Assembly: GCF_018350175.1 (NCBI RefSeq) | Contig: NC_058368.1 | Span: forward strand, 38,132,001 to 38,196,000 | Length of the DNA stretch: 64,000 nt | Reading direction: 5' to 3' | Source: Felis catus | Lineage: Eukaryota | Shown: positions 48,627-62,809 of the stretch, piece by piece | How positions within the stretch are numbered: position 1 is the stretch's first letter | How the letters are laid out: the number at the start of each line of letters is the position of its first letter | The notes under the pieces: model-generated | What the model was told of the DNA's origin: nothing | Seen by the model: only the letters and a program-made list of their open reading frames with translations | Database searches by the model: none | Position numbers and translations under genes: made by a program

Positions 48627-51600
48627 AAAACCTTTTCATTGGTTTCCAGATAGTGTAAATAATAATAGGCAATAGACATGAACTAAGTAAAATCTTATAT
48701 TTTAGTGGGGAACATAGGTGTTGAATACACAGTTTCACACTTATAAAATTACAAATCAAGAAAAGTGTTGCCAGAAAATGATAGGATTCTAAGGGTCAAT
48801 TTTAATTTAGCTCTCAGCATCTCCTTCTCTGTAAACCATCATTCACCAGTTCTTAACTCTTGCTATAATAACCACATCCACTGCCCCCCACCCCACCAAC
48901 ACACATGTTCACACACATAGTGTTAACCAGCCCTTTCCTCTCTGTTCGCTTAACATCATATCGTGCATCATGATTCATTTCATTAGAGTATAATTGCTGA
49001 TTTATCTGTTCTAACTCTCACAGAGGACAGGGATTATGTTTAAACTTTGAACCCCATTTCCAATGTGTGCTGCATAGTCAAGTACTCAGGATGCTGTTAT
49101 CCAGTATTGAGTTTGTTGAAGATTCAGTTCAGGTGTCAGTTAATCCTAAAGACTTTAATGATCTTTGTGAATCTCTTTGAAATGTCACATCGTACACTAA
49201 AAAAATCTATGGTTGTCTTGTCTGACTTTTCATATTTGTTTTCATATTACTTTTATCTCACTATTCACTAGGTTTTACATTTTACATGTGTTTCTTTTTC
49301 TCATACAGAAGCAACCACATGCCAGTATTCCAGTTGTCTATACATTTACTGGGTCAGGGATAATGAGAAGTACCTTTCACGGAATGTCTATTATGAGAAA
49401 ACAAAGACCCAAAAGTTAATTAAATCCTGAATCTCAAAGTCAGTGAGAGGCAGAGCCAATATTCAAGTCTAAGTCTGTCTGACTTCAAAGCCAAACTCTT
49501 TACTATATAATACTGTCTTATTTTGAGCTGCAAAATGCCTAAAAAGTAAGGTCTAAAAATTACTTGTAGATTCATTGTTCACTCACTTTTAACTCTCAGA
49601 ATGACTCAGAGGACTCATTGTAATGCAAGGAACAGGGGAACAGCAGGCAACGTTTTCTTAGGAGGCCAGATTCTGTCCCTAGATAGCTATGCCTCCTTGG
49701 CCAAACCAAAAGCTCTTTGGGTGCTTAAGTTACCAGATGATTTTAGGCTAAAAAAATGGGAAAACTTGTGAAAAGAGTTAATATTTGTTTTAAGGAAAAT
49801 ATATTTTTAATGTATGCATTTTATATGTTGTTATTCAGTTTAATCAAGGCTTCTTTTCACTTTCAGAAACTTTCCAACATAAAAAATCAGTACTTTAATA
49901 TAAAGACACTTTTTACTGATTTAGATCACTGTCTGCTATGTTCATTTTATTATAGACTACTTATGACACTCAAATATCTTTCCACAACAACAACTGAAAA
50001 AGGAAATTAAAAACAATAATTGAATATATTTTAAGAAATTTTGAGCAGCAGGCTCTTTTTGAAAGGAAAATAATTTTCCAAAGATGTATTTTTCTCTAAA
50101 GAAAAGAGAACATTGTTTCCAAAGTACCAATTTCCTTGTAAAACAATTTGGAGGAAGCTGTTTTTACCACGGTGACAAAATCGAGATGCAGATTACTTCA
50201 TCAGAAGAAGGCAATTTTCCACAATCAGCTGAGCTCAGAACACTGAGTGTGTTACATTGAATTTTTGGTACAAAACTGCTTTTGAAGATATTAGGGAGTG
50301 TTTGTCTTCTTACTCAAGGCTCCAGAAGGACAAGAACTAGCTAAACTGTTGAATAATCTTTAGGCAAAACAAATGTAACTTTCATAAAAAGAAAGTTATT
50401 ATATATTTTTTAGAATTTTTTGAACTAAGATTAATTACACAGTGTAGTGGCTTTTTAAAAAGAAGTGCTGACAATATTAAAAGTGGTAATATGCAGATGG
50501 GAAGTTGCTTTCCATAATCTGTATGGCCTTGCCTCACTGCTGCTTTCTGGTGACACCACATCCCACAGCCAAGTGTGACCTCCACGTTCCTAACTGCTCC
50601 TGCCTTTAGATTAAGACAATTTCATACTGTTTTGCTCATTCATAATAAATAGGCATACAATTGTATTAAAGCATAAAAATAGCCTAAGATCATTAAAGAC
50701 ATCTAGAACCATGTAGCAACCAACGTTTCCTACTTTATTTAATTACAGTTTTATACATTTCTCCCCCTGCTGTCGTCTGCTGCTAGGAAAGAGGTATGGT
50801 TAACTTTTTCTTCTAGCTTGCCTTGTATTTCTATCCAGTCTCTTTCATCTTGCCTACTCAGGATCAAAATGTTGAAAAGACAGAGAATGGGAAGTCTAGC
50901 AGAAATGTACTTGATTGATCAGAGCTGTGAATTGTGGTCTTATGCTCTTTAAGCTTGACGTATGTTTATTGTGATGTGTGTGTTGGGAGAGGGAGGAATC
51001 TCTCAACTACGTGTCCGTGACCAAGGTAGTTTATTTTCCTTGGACATGCCGCTTTCCCCTTGGTCTGTTAGTTTTCAGGGGCCTACTGCCTATGGGTTCT
51101 TTCTCCAATGGCCCCATTGCCCTTGTGGCTGCCCTAATAATTTTAATTGACTTTGGTTCCGTTCTCTTGAATGTATCTGCCTAAAGGCAAAGAATCACTT
51201 TGTCTCCAAGCTCTCTGATATAAACTGATCCTAATACAGCAGGAAACTCTCCTTTGCTTCATAACCAAAACAGAAAGTAAAGTCAACTCTGCTTTTATCT
51301 TTCCCATGTTGAAATTAGACATCAACTGCCTAACTCTTGAGGACATATGTCGGGCTTGCTTAGCCATCCTGTTGAAGGTTGGTTCTTTTATTAGTTACAA
51401 GGTTGGCTCAGGTACTCCTTACCCAAAATGGAGGTACTCACAGAAGAGTGCTTTTGAAATCCCTGATCCTGTTCTCTCTTGATGCTTAAGGTTTTAACCA
51501 TTTTATATCTTCAATAAGGTGAAGGATTTTTAGATTTGTGAAATTAGTTTGTAAAATTTTGAATGAAAGTTTGCTTTTTGTCCATGTAATATCTGTTGTA

Positions 51601-51949
51601 TCTTAGTGACTCAGTCCAAACTTCCAATTTTGCTTTTGTACTGAAGGATATCACATTCTGTTAAGTGTTTTCATTACAGTATTGTGATAACTCTTCAAAA
51701 AATTTTATAGTACTTTAGCTACCAGATTTTTAACTTCTTGAGAGGGATAATATGACTAATAATAACAAAAATTAAGAGTTATGTTACCTGTAGACCATGT
51801 ATGGAGTCAGTGTGGTAGTTCTGAATTTCTTCTCCACCCTTCCTTTTCAATCTATACATTCCAAAAGTGGTAAGAAAAGTCATCTTTTCCATCAGCATGA
51901 TTAGAAGCAACCATGAACTGACCGTGGAATATTAACCTCAGTATATGAA

Positions 51950-53005
51950 ACTTCACTAATTATAAGGGAAATGCAAATCAAAAACATAATAAAACATCAC
52001 CTCACACTTGTAAGAATTGCTATTATCAGAAAATGAAAGCTAAATAGTTTGGCAAAGATATGGACAAAAGGAAACCCTGTACACTGTTGATGGGAATGTA
52101 AATTGGTATAGTCATTATGGAAAAGAATATGAAGATTTCCTCAAACAATTAAAAATAGAACTATTATATGATCCAGCAAACCCATTTCTGGGTCTATATC
52201 CAAAGGAAATTAAATAGGCATCTCAAAGAGATCTGCACTTACGTGTTCATTTCCCAATTATTTATAATACCCGAGATGTGAAATGTTATACATATTATTA
52301 CATTTTATATATAAATATATACATTTATATATATATGTAAATATATACATTTTATATATAAATTATTACATTTATATATATATAACATTTTCTCTTTATG
52401 TACATCTTATTTTTCTTTACATACAATGTATATATACACATATATTATGTATATATGTATAATATATGTATATACACATACACACAATAGAATATTATTC
52501 AATCTTGAAAAAGAATGAAATCATGCTGTTGGGACAACATGCATAAAACTGGAGGGCATTATGCTAAGTGAAATTAAGCCATATGCATAAAGACAAATAC
52601 TCCATCATCTCACGTATATGTAGAATCAAAAAATGTCAAATGCATAGCATCAGAGAGTAGCATGGTGTTTTCCAGAGGCTGAAGAATGGGAGAAATGGGG
52701 AGATGTTGGTCAAAGGGGTACAGAGTTTCAGTTATGCAAGATAAATAAGTTCTGGAGGTCTAATGTACAACAGTGTGACTATAATTAATAATATTGTATT
52801 GTATACTTGAAATTGGCTGACAGCAGATCTTAAATGATCTTAAAAATCTACCCTCACCCCCCCCCAAAAAGTGAACTATGTGACGTGATGGTATGCTAAT
52901 TACCTTGAGTGTGGTGAACATTTCACAATGTATATAAGTATAAAAACAAGTTGTACATCTTAAATACATTCAGTTTTTGATTGTCAATTACCTAAATAGA
53001 GTTGA
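51950..53005 (+). mobile_element. L1MA-type ORF2 end/3' UTR with internal AT-rich low-complexity expansion
   Basis: AGGGAAATGCAAATCAAAA...ACACTGTTGATGGGAATGTAAATTGGTA...GGCATTATGCTAAGTGAAAT...TTGTCAATTACCT. Confidence 0.88.
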
Positions 53006-53739
53006 AACAAAACTAACCTCTATTCCCTGCTCTGGACGGGTTGGAAAATTGAAGTGCATTGTGCTCAGAGTAGCCAAAGGATCCCATTATTTGAATTTAT
53101 TACATGATCATGCTTATGATACTACTGTGCAGTGTTTTGGCACATACCGCTTTGTTGTTAATTATCTCCATCTTTGCTCTTTAAAATATTATAGTATTCA
53201 TTAATTATCTCTAAATACTCCCTTTAAAAACTGTTCACAAAAAAACCCCCAAAAACAAAAAACCCAAAACAGCAGTTTCCAATGGTGAGAGCTATTTGGC
53301 AGAGCAGTCTTGGCTGTTTCTATTTATTTCAAAGAGAATTAAAAAGCTTAGACAAAACAAATGACAAAGTGTATGTGGGAATCTGAGGGTGTTTCTGAAA
53401 AATTTATAAACTGGCTTCATTTATTTAGTGGTCTTTAGAGTAACTACAATTCAATTCATTTTAAGAATGTTTGGGGAAATATGTCCAAAATTGCAATTTG
53501 AAAACTCATTCCCAGAAAATGTATCTGGAACAATTTTCATACAACTAAAAAAAAAAAAAGAAAGAAAGAAAGAAAGAAAGGAAACCACACAAATAGTGCT
53601 TGATTTCACTCTTTTTTATCTCATAATTCTAGAAATCTAGACAAAACTAAATATTTTACCAGTAATTGTCACGTATTTTGGGAGAAGCCATTGGATATTT
53701 TATATCTCAGCAATCAGATATTTTAAAAGATTGCTTTTT

Positions 53740-53959
53740 TATTTTTTTTATGTTTTTAACGTTTATTTATTTTTGAGAGAGGGAAAGACTGAGCATGAGC
53801 AGGAGAGGGGTAGAGAGAGAGGGAGACACAGATCTGAAGCAGGCTCCAGGCTCTGAGCTGTCAGCACAGAACCTGATGCAGGGCTCCAGCCCATGAACCA
53901 AGAGAACATGACCTGAGCCAAGGTCAAACGCTTAACCGACTAAACCATCCAGGCGCCCC
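53740..53959 (-). mobile_element. Can-SINE
   Basis: TSD AAAAGATTGCTTTTT at 53725-53739 and 53960-53974. Confidence 0.95.
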
Positions 53960-54563
53960 AAAAGATTGCTTTTTAATTTAAGGAGAAAGTAGTTGAATAT
54001 TTGTATGGATGCCAATATACAATGATTATGCTCTTACTTTAACTGCTGTCAATAAATTGAAACCCATCTTTGTCTTAAAAGAACAAAGCCTAGAAAATTA
54101 GCTAGATGTCTCAGAAAGTACCCCTTGTTTCAGTAACAATCATCAGATAAGAAAACCCCAAACCAAGAAAAATAAATCAGCCATTTCTATTGTGCTATTT
54201 GAAAATTCAAATTATTATAAAATTATGTTATTATTTTATGCAAAAACGTTAGCACTGAAGTAGAAGACACCTGGATAATTTTCATATAATTTGTGATGAA
54301 ATCCAGTGGCTTTATCAAGTAAAATTAAAGACTATACTTCTTATATTTGTTTATAATTTAGTATTTCGTCCTTAAAAATATTATTTATTGCTATATGAAA
54401 GTAAGGGAATAGAACCTATAAACAAGTCAACTATTAACCAATGAAAGAAAACGTAGTTTTGGTAATATTATTAAATTAATTGTTAAAATTATGTAGTAAG
54501 GAGCAAATAGATATGTAACTAAATCATAAGGAGAAATGGGCTCTGAAAAAAAAAGATTAAAGT

Positions 54564-54755
54564 GGGGTGGCTGAGTGGTTCCGTTAGTTAGCACCAACTC
54601 TGGATTTCACTCAGGTCATGATCTCACTGTCTGATTGGTGAGATCAAGCTCTGCCTAGGGGTCTGCACTGACAGCATGGAGATTCTGTCTCTCTCTCTCT
54701 CTGCCCCTTCCTGGCTCTCTCTCTCTCTCTTTCAAAATAAATAAGTAAACTTTAA
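54564..54755 (+). mobile_element. Can-SINE
   Basis: Sense SINE; TSD AAAAAAAGATTAAA. Confidence 0.88.
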
Positions 54756-56042
54756 AAAAAAAGATTAAAATTATTACTGTTTAAAAGTTCACAACTTTAG
54801 TGAAGTAATTATATGCATGGAAATCAAAACTTTAGAATTATAGAAATATAGGAGCATGTTTTATAAGTTAACATCTTTGATTTTGCATATATTTCTGAGC
54901 CTGTTTAGTAGCCTTTAGTAATGCATGTGGCAATGGAATTTCAACATGTATCAGAACTTTTATCTTCTCTAAAGTTCTTAGAATATTAACATCTAATCAA
55001 GTAAACATGTATATTAGTGGAAACATTGGATTTTAAAATCTTATGTGAAATAGAAGCCTTATACAATTATTAACCATTTTTTTGTGATGATTCTATGCAT
55101 ATAAACTCCTTGTCATCTTTGTACTTTTCTTGTCTATTTCCAGAAAAAAAATTCAGATGTTTAGAGCCCAATAATTCTTCTTGTTTCCCACCTTTAGGAT
55201 TTCTTCCACCAACTTGTTGAATAAATTTGCAATTAACCTGAAATTTATTCTATATCCTCCCTTTTACATTCATGTTACAAATTGGTAATCATGCCTTGGA
55301 GATTTGCCTTGCTTGATGTCTCCTTTTTGTATTTCTTTTTTTAATTTTAATTAAATTATAATTAACATACAGTGTCATGTTAGTTTTAAGTGAACAATAT
55401 AGTGTTTTAACAATTCTATACATGTACTCAGTGATCATCATCATGATCAGTGTACTTGTAATCCATTTATCTATCTCACCCATCACCCCTGCCCCCAATG
55501 AGCTTCCCTCTGGTAATCATCAGTTTGTTCTCTATAGTTAAGAGTTTGGGGGGGGGGGGGTTGCCTATTTTTTTCTTTCTTCATTTGTTTTGTTTCTTAA
55601 ATTCCATATAGGAGTGAAATAACATGATATATGTCTTCTCTTATTGACTCATTTTGCTTAGCATTATACTCTAGATTAATCCATGTTGTTGCAGATGGCA
55701 AGATTTCATTCTTTTTCATGGCTGAGTAATATTCCATTGTGTATATACTGCTTCTTTATCCATTCATCTATCCATGGACACTTGGGCTGCTTCCATAATT
55801 TGGCTGTTATAAATAATTCTGCAATAAACCTAAGGTGCATATATATTCTCAAATTAGTGTTTTTGTATTCTTTGTATAAATACCCACTATGGAATTACTG
55901 GATCATACAGTAATTCTATTTTTAATATTTTGAAGAACCTCCATATTGTTTTCCACAGTGGCTACAACCAGTTTGCATTCCCAAAAACAGTGCATGAGGG
56001 TTTCTTTTTCCCTACATCCTTACCAACTCTTCTTGTTTCTTC

Positions 56043-56266
56043 GTTTTTTTTTAATTTTTATTTTTTTTGTGTTTGTTTGTTTATTTTGAGAGAAGGAGAG
56101 TGCAAGCAAGGGAGGGGTAGAGAGAGAGGGAGAGAGAAATCCCAGGTAGGCTCTGTAATGTCAGTGCAGAGCCTGATGCGGGGCTCAAACTCATGAACTA
56201 TGAGATCATGACCTTAACTGAAACCAAGAGCAAGAAGCTTAACGTACCAAGTAGCCCAGGCATGCC
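56043..56266 (-). mobile_element. Can-SINE within L1
   Basis: Antisense SINE body. Confidence 0.88.
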
Positions 56267-56660
56267 TCCTGTGTTTTTATTTTAGCCATTCTGACAGATG
56301 TGAATTGATATTGTGATTTTGATTTCTGTTTGCCTGATGAGGAGTGATGTTGATCATCTTTTCATGTGTCTGTTGGCCATCTGGATGTCTTCTTTGGAGA
56401 AATGTCTGTTCATATCTTCTACACATTTTTGATTGGATTATTTATTTTTGCGGTGTTGAGTTGTATCAGTTGTTTATATGTTTTGGATACTAGCCCTTTG
56501 TCAGATATGTCATTGGCAAATATTTCCTCCCATTCACTACTTTGGTGGTGGTTTCTATTGCTATGCTTTTAATTTTGTTGTAGCCCCAATAGTTTATAGT
56601 GTCTCTATCTGGTTTGGGTATCAGGGTAATGCTGTCCTCAGAATGAATTTGGAAGCTTTT

Positions 56661-56712
56661 CTTCTTCTTCTTCTTCTTCTTCTTCTTCTTCTTCTTCTTC
56701 TTCTTCTTCTTC
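56661..56712. repeat. (CTT)n microsatellite
   Basis: Direct read. Confidence 0.95.
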
Positions 56713-56814
56713 TTTTTGGAATAGTTTGAGAAGAATCAGTATTAACTCTGTTTTAAATGTTTGGTGGAATTCACCTGTGAAGCTTTCTGGCCCTGGACTT
56801 TTTTTGCTGGGAGT

Positions 56815-57037
56815 TTTTTTTTTTTTTAATTTTTTTAATGCTTGTTTATCTTTGAGAGAGAGACACACACACACAGAGTGAGCAGAGGAAGGGCAGAGAG
56901 AGAGAGGGAGACACAGAATCCGAAGCAGGCTCCAGTCTCTGAGATGTGGGCACAGAGCCCAATGCGGGGCTCAAACCCATGAGCCGTGAGATCATGACCT
57001 GAGTCGGATGTTGAACCAACTGAGCCACCCAGGCTCC
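56815..57037 (-). mobile_element. Can-SINE within L1
   Basis: Antisense SINE; imperfect TSD TTTTTG(C/T)TGGGA. Confidence 0.92.
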
Positions 57038-57205
57038 TTTTTGTTGGGATTTTTTTGATTACCGATTCAATTTCATTGCTTGTAGTTAGTCTTTTCAAGT
57101 TTTCTTCTTCTCCTCCACCTCTTCCTGTTCCTCCTCCTCTTCCTTCTCTTTCATTTCCTCCTCATTTTTCTGCTTCTGCCCTGCTTCTCAGCTTATCTTT
57201 CCTCT

Positions 57206-57248
<43 letters not shown>

Positions 57249-59559
57249 TCTGGCTAAAGGATTATTGATTTTGTGGATCTTTTCAAAGAACCAGATCCTG
57301 ATTTTATTGATCTGTTCTATAGTTATTTTAGTTTCTATTTCATGTATTTCTGCTCTAATCTTCATTGCTTTTTTCCTTGTCCTGGTTTGTGTTTTTGCTG
57401 TTCTTTTTCTAGCTCTTGTAGGTGTAAGGTTAAGTCGTTTTTTGATATTTTTCTTGCATCTTGATGTAGACCTGTATTGCTATAAACTTCCCTCTGAGAA
57501 TAGCTATTGCTGTTAGCCCAAAGCTTTTGGACCATTGTGTTTCCATTTTCATTTGTTTCTGTGTATATTTTGATTTCTTCTTTCATTTCAGAGTTTCCTC
57601 TGCCTCCTCATTTTGTCTAACTCTCTGTGTCTGTTTCTGTGTGTTAGGAAAGTCAGCTCTGTTTCCTGCTCTTGAAAGTAGTGGCCTTATGAAGAAGAGG
57701 CCCTGCAGTGCCCTGTGGTGCCATGTCCCGTGTTCACCAGAACCTGGCACTTGAGGGATGTCTCCTGTGTGTGTTGTGTGTGCCCGACTGCTGTGGCTGA
57801 GGCATGTTTGCCTTCAGTCCTGTCGTCTGGAGTGGTTCTCTTTGCCTGCTGTGGGTAGGGTTTGTCCTTGGGTTGTTAGTGGGCCAGTCTGGGGCCACCT
57901 TAGGCTTGAATTGAGCCAGACCAGGCATTTGCCAGAGATGTAATAGTAGCGAACTACATGGCTCTTTCCCTGTGTTGTGCCTTGAGAAACTTTGGTTGGT
58001 GGGAGGGGCCTGAAATCAGACCAGAGTTCTGCCCTCCGCTCCCTGCAGGGGCCACAGTGGGACTGGCATATGTGATTATTTTCCCCTTTAATTGGGGCAG
58101 GAGTCACTTTGGAGTGGTGCTGACTCCTGTCAGGGCTAACTGTAGACTGCCATGCTTGTGGCACCACTTTGTTTGGGCTTTGGCCAAGGGCTTATTGGAG
58201 GGGGCAGTTCTGTAGGAGAACATGGGGGTGGGGCAATCAGAGTTAGAAAGTCTGAGCAGTCTGCTATGGGAGAGGACATGGAACCGCTTGGAAAACTCCT
58301 ATCACGGTGTTGACGTGGGGGGCAGGACCACAGGAGAATGTGATTCTATGCTGGTCCACTGTAGGAGGGGGCCTGCAGCTACTCAAAACTCCTGCCTAGG
58401 CCCACTGGGTTGGAGGGAGATGATCTGCAGAAGTGTGCAGGAGTAGGGCACCAGTGTTAGCAAGTTAGGTGGAGAATGTGCTGTTTGCTGGTTCCCACCG
58501 GTGTCTGCATCTGTGCTGGGGTGAAGGAGAGAAATGGCGCAGCCAGCTTTTTTGTTCTAGGAGAAGTCTTCTATAGATTCTTGCTCTTCCAGCACATGCT
58601 CTGAGATTAATAAACAAATCCCCCTCCTGTATACCCTAGACTTCAAACTATTGCTTCTATGCTTTATCTCCTGGGGGCCCTTTGTTGTGCTGTCTCTTTA
58701 GGGGAAACTCAGTTTTCACTCACCCTCCAGGTTCTCCCAGAGCTGAGCCCCCTTGTTTTTAAAGTTCCAGAAGGTGTTAAACCACACTCATTGTAAAAAC
58801 TCAAGAAATTAGCCTCTCTGGTTTTCAAAGCCATGTGTTACAGGGATTTGTCTTCCCAATGCAGGGCCCCATGCCTTGGGTTCCAGATGTGATTTTTGTT
58901 TCTTTTCCCTTTCTATGCCCGCTGTGTCCCTCCCTCCCTAAGACAGTTCTGAGGGTCTGTTTAGCTACCAACCTTGTCTCTGCCCTTCCTACCCTCTTTG
59001 ATGTGGCCTCTTCTCCACATTTAGCTGTGGAGAGTCTGCTTTGCCAGTCTCTGGGTCATTTTGGATTATTTACACTGGGTGTTATCTAGTTGTAGCCATG
59101 GAATGAGGTATGCTTAGGATCCTTCTATTCTGCCATTTTCCCAGGAAATCTCCTTTTTACATTTCTTATTTTCCCTTCCCATCATAATTTTATGGAGGCT
59201 ACACTAAGCTTCTTTACTGGATTATTGCAATATTCCCTTCCCTTTTATTCCCTTTACTGACACCACTTCATATTTTCCAAAGCACAAATTTCACAGCCAA
59301 TGTTGTCATGCTTAGAATACCTCAGTGGCAATGTATAGTTTTCAAAATAATGGTTATAATCACAGCTTAAAATTCTATGCTTGGACCTCTTGAACTCTAC
59401 CTTTTTATCTTAATTCTCACCAGAAGCTTAACTAGAACATCTTTAGTCTGTGCCTAAATGCAAAATTGCTTCAAATGCAAATTCTGGAAGTAGAGTGAGA
59501 CCTAATACTCATGGAAAAAGAAGGAGGTCAGAATGACTAGAGTAGATGGAGTAAAAGAG

Positions 59560-59950
59560 ACATCCAAGTGTGATGAGTAGTCACTGGAGGGCTTGAACTA
59601 ACCTATGAAAATGATGACTTCCATTTAAATGAGGTTCACTCATGGCTGGTGTATGAAGAGACTGTGAAGGACAAAAGTGGAAGCAGGGAGAACACTTAGG
59701 ATGTTGTTACAATGGTCTGGGCAAAGATCATAGTTGTTTGGACTGAGGTCCTGGTCCTGAGAACTGTCAGATTCTGCCTTCATTTAGAAGGCACAGTCAA
59801 CATGGTGGAATGATGGATTTGATGTGGAGTGTGAGGAAAAGTAAAGAGTCCAAGTCATTCCAGGGCTTGAGGCCTCAGCAACTGGATGATGCTGGTGTCA
59901 TTTACTGAAATGTAGGTCACTGTAGGAAAAGCAAATTTAGGGATGTAGAA
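59560..59950 (-). mobile_element. L2 fragment
   Basis: AAAGTGGAAGCAGGGAGAAC..TTAGGATG...GGATTTGATGTGGAGTGTGAGG...GGCCTCAGCAACTGG..GGTGTCATTTACTGA. Confidence 0.8.
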
Positions 59951-60374
59951 CGTGAGAGCTCAGCACCCTATGAGGGCCCCCATCTCCTATCACCTTCATG
60001 CTCTATAGCTACTCACCCAGGTGTACCCATACTGCCACAGCCTAAAGGTCACCTCCCCACCCCAGAGAACACCACTATGTTCTCTGACCCAGCGCATAGT
60101 CATTCTTTCCTAATGATCTCCTTATGGACCTTCTCAGAAGTCACCAAAATGGCCAAGTTAAGAAGGAACTGATAGTCTATTTTGATCTAAGATCTACAAA
60201 TTATTCAGCCATGTGATTCTTACCTTTTAAAAAAGTTTTTCTCATGGATTTATTAAAGATTTCTAATTTAATTGTCTTACAGTTAAGAGATATAGTCTGA
60301 TGATATCTATTCATTAAAATTTGAAATTTGCTTAATATCTTAATACACAGTCATCTCTTGTAAAAATAAAATGT

Positions 60375-62800
60375 GAAATTAGTGAGTAAAAATGAATATT
60401 TCTGTAAAAATCAGTCAAGGAACTCACACAAAGAAAAAAGGATATAAAATATAATAACATATACCCAAAATATGGAGAGGAGAGGAGAAAATAATGGATT
60501 CAAACTTGCATGGCCATCAATTTAATATAGACTGCTATTTGTAGAAGAGGTTATATACAAACCTAATGGTAACCACAGATCAAAAACTGCTAATAAACAT
60601 GCAAAGAATAAAGAGAATGAAATCCAAATATATCACTAAAGAAAATCAGCAAAATATGAGAGAAAGACAAGAAAGGATCAGAGAAAATCTCCAGAAGGAA
60701 CCACAAAACAAGTAATAAAATGGCAATAAATACATATCTATTAATAATCCTTTTGAATGTAAATGGAATAAACACTCCAATCAGAAATACAAGATGTCAT
60801 AATGGATAAAAAAAAAATAAGACCTGCTGCCTATAAGAGACTCATTTTAGACCTGAAGTCACCTGCAGATTAAAAATGAGGGGATGGAGAAACATTTATC
60901 ATGGAAATGGATGTCAAAAGGAACCAAGAATAGCAAAACTTATATCAGACAAACTAGATTTGAAAACAAAGACTGTAACAAGAGACAAAAAAGGGCACTA
61001 TATAATCTTAAAGGGGATAATCCAACAAGAATATACAACAATTGTAAATATTTTTGCTCCCAATATGGAGGTGCCCAAATATTAAAAACAGTTAATAACA
61101 AACATAAGAGAACTAATTAATAATACAATAATAGTAGGGGACTTTAACACCCCACTTACATCAATGGGCAGATCATCTAACCAGAAAATCAACAAGGAAA
61201 CAATGGCTTTGAATGGCACACTGGTGCAAATGAACTTAACAGATAGACTGAGAACATTTCATCCTAAAACAGCAGAATACACATTCTTTTCAAGTGCATA
61301 TAGAACATTCTCTAGAATAGATTACATATTAGGTCACAAAACAGACCTCAACAAATACAAAAAAAAATGAAATTATACCATGCACTTTTTCTGACCTCAA
61401 CACTATGAAACTAGAAATCAACCACAAGAAAAAGTCTGTAAAGACTACAACTACATGGAGTTTAAAGAACATCCTGTGAAATAATGAATGGATCAACCAG
61501 AGGAAGCAAAACAAACAAACAAAAACAAAACAAAAAACAAAAACATGGAAACAAATGAAAATAAAAACACAATGGTCTAAAGCCTTTGGGATGCAGCAAA
61601 AGCAGTCCTACAAGGGAAGTATATAGAAATATAGGCTTATGTTAAGAAGAAAGAAAAATCTCAAATAACTTAACCTTGCATCTAAAGAAGCTAGGAAAAG
61701 AACAACAAAAGAAGCCTAAAGCCTACATAAGGAAGGAAATAGTAAAATTTAGAGTGGAAATAAATGAAATAGAAATGCAAAATAACGATGGAACAGATCA
61801 ATGAAACCAGGAGCTGGTACTTTGAAAACGTTAATAAAACTGATAAACCTCTAGCCAGACTTATCAAAAAGAAAAGAGAAAGTATCAAAATAAATAAAAT
61901 AACAAATGAGAGAGGAGCAACAAAAATGAACACCACAGAAATACAAACAAATATAAGATAATGTTATGCAGAAGTATATGTTAACAATTTGGACAACCCC
62001 GATGAGATAGATAAATTCCTAGAAACATATAAACTACCAAAACTGAAACAAGAAATAGAAAACTTGAACAGACTGATAAACAGCAAAGGAACTGCATCAG
62101 TATCAAAAAACTCCCAACAAACCAAAGTCCAGGACCAGATGGCTTCACAGGCAAAATCTAAGAAACATTTTAAAGAAGCGTTAATACCTATTCTCAAACC
62201 ATATCAAAAAATAGAAAAGAAAGGAAAACTTCTAAATTTTTTCTAGGAGACCAATATTACCCTCCTATCAAAACCAGTTAAAGACACCACTAAAAAACAG
62301 AACTATAGGCAAATATCTCTGATGAACATAGATGCAAAAATTCTCAATAAAATACAAGCAAACCAAATCCAATAGTATATTAACAAAAATTGATCATCAC
62401 AATCAAGTAGGATTTATTTCTGGTATGCAAGGGTAGTTCAATATTCACAAATCAAATCAATATAATACACGACATTAATAAAAGAATAGATAAAAACCGT
62501 ATGATCATTTCACTAGATGCAGGAAAAGCCATTTGACAAAGAACAGCATCCATTCATGATAAAAACCCTCAATAAAGTATGTTTCTAGGGAACACACTTC
62601 AGTTTCATAAAGGCCATCTATGAAAAACCCACAGCTAATACCATCTTCAATGGGGAAAAACTGAGAGTTTTTCCTTTAACACTCAGAAACCAAACAGGGA
62701 TGTTCACTCTCAACACTTTTATTCAATATAGTACTGGAAGTCCTAGCCACAGAAATCAGACAAAAAAAGAAGTAAGAGGTGTCCAAGTTGGCAAGTAAGA
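60375..62800 (+). mobile_element. Carnivore L1 internal fragment (inter-ORF region + ORF2 EN/RT), no 3' end
   Basis: GWRNIYH..LISDKLD, GDFNTPL, FSRIDYILGHK, DEIDKFLETY; many stops. Confidence 0.92.
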
Positions 62801-62809
62801 AATTGTAAA

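Larger units (their letters stand above)
55338..59148 (-). mobile_element. Carnivore L1 retaining both 5' and 3' ends but with large internal deletions
   Basis: 3' UTR 55338-56540, ORF2 piece ~56600-57585, 5' UTR/ORF1 start ~57590-59148; TSD TCTCCTTTTT(GT/AC)ATTTCTT at 55319-55337 and 59149-59167. Confidence 0.85.

Noticed and set aside
50750..51441. Possible ancient LTR on the minus strand (TG start at 51441, AATAAA near 50965)
   Set aside because: I cannot define the second terminus, a TSD or a family from sequence alone.
52280..52485. AT-rich quasi-palindromic repeats
   Set aside because: Low-complexity (TA)-rich expansion at the usual position in an L1 3' region; not an array with spacers and not CRISPR.
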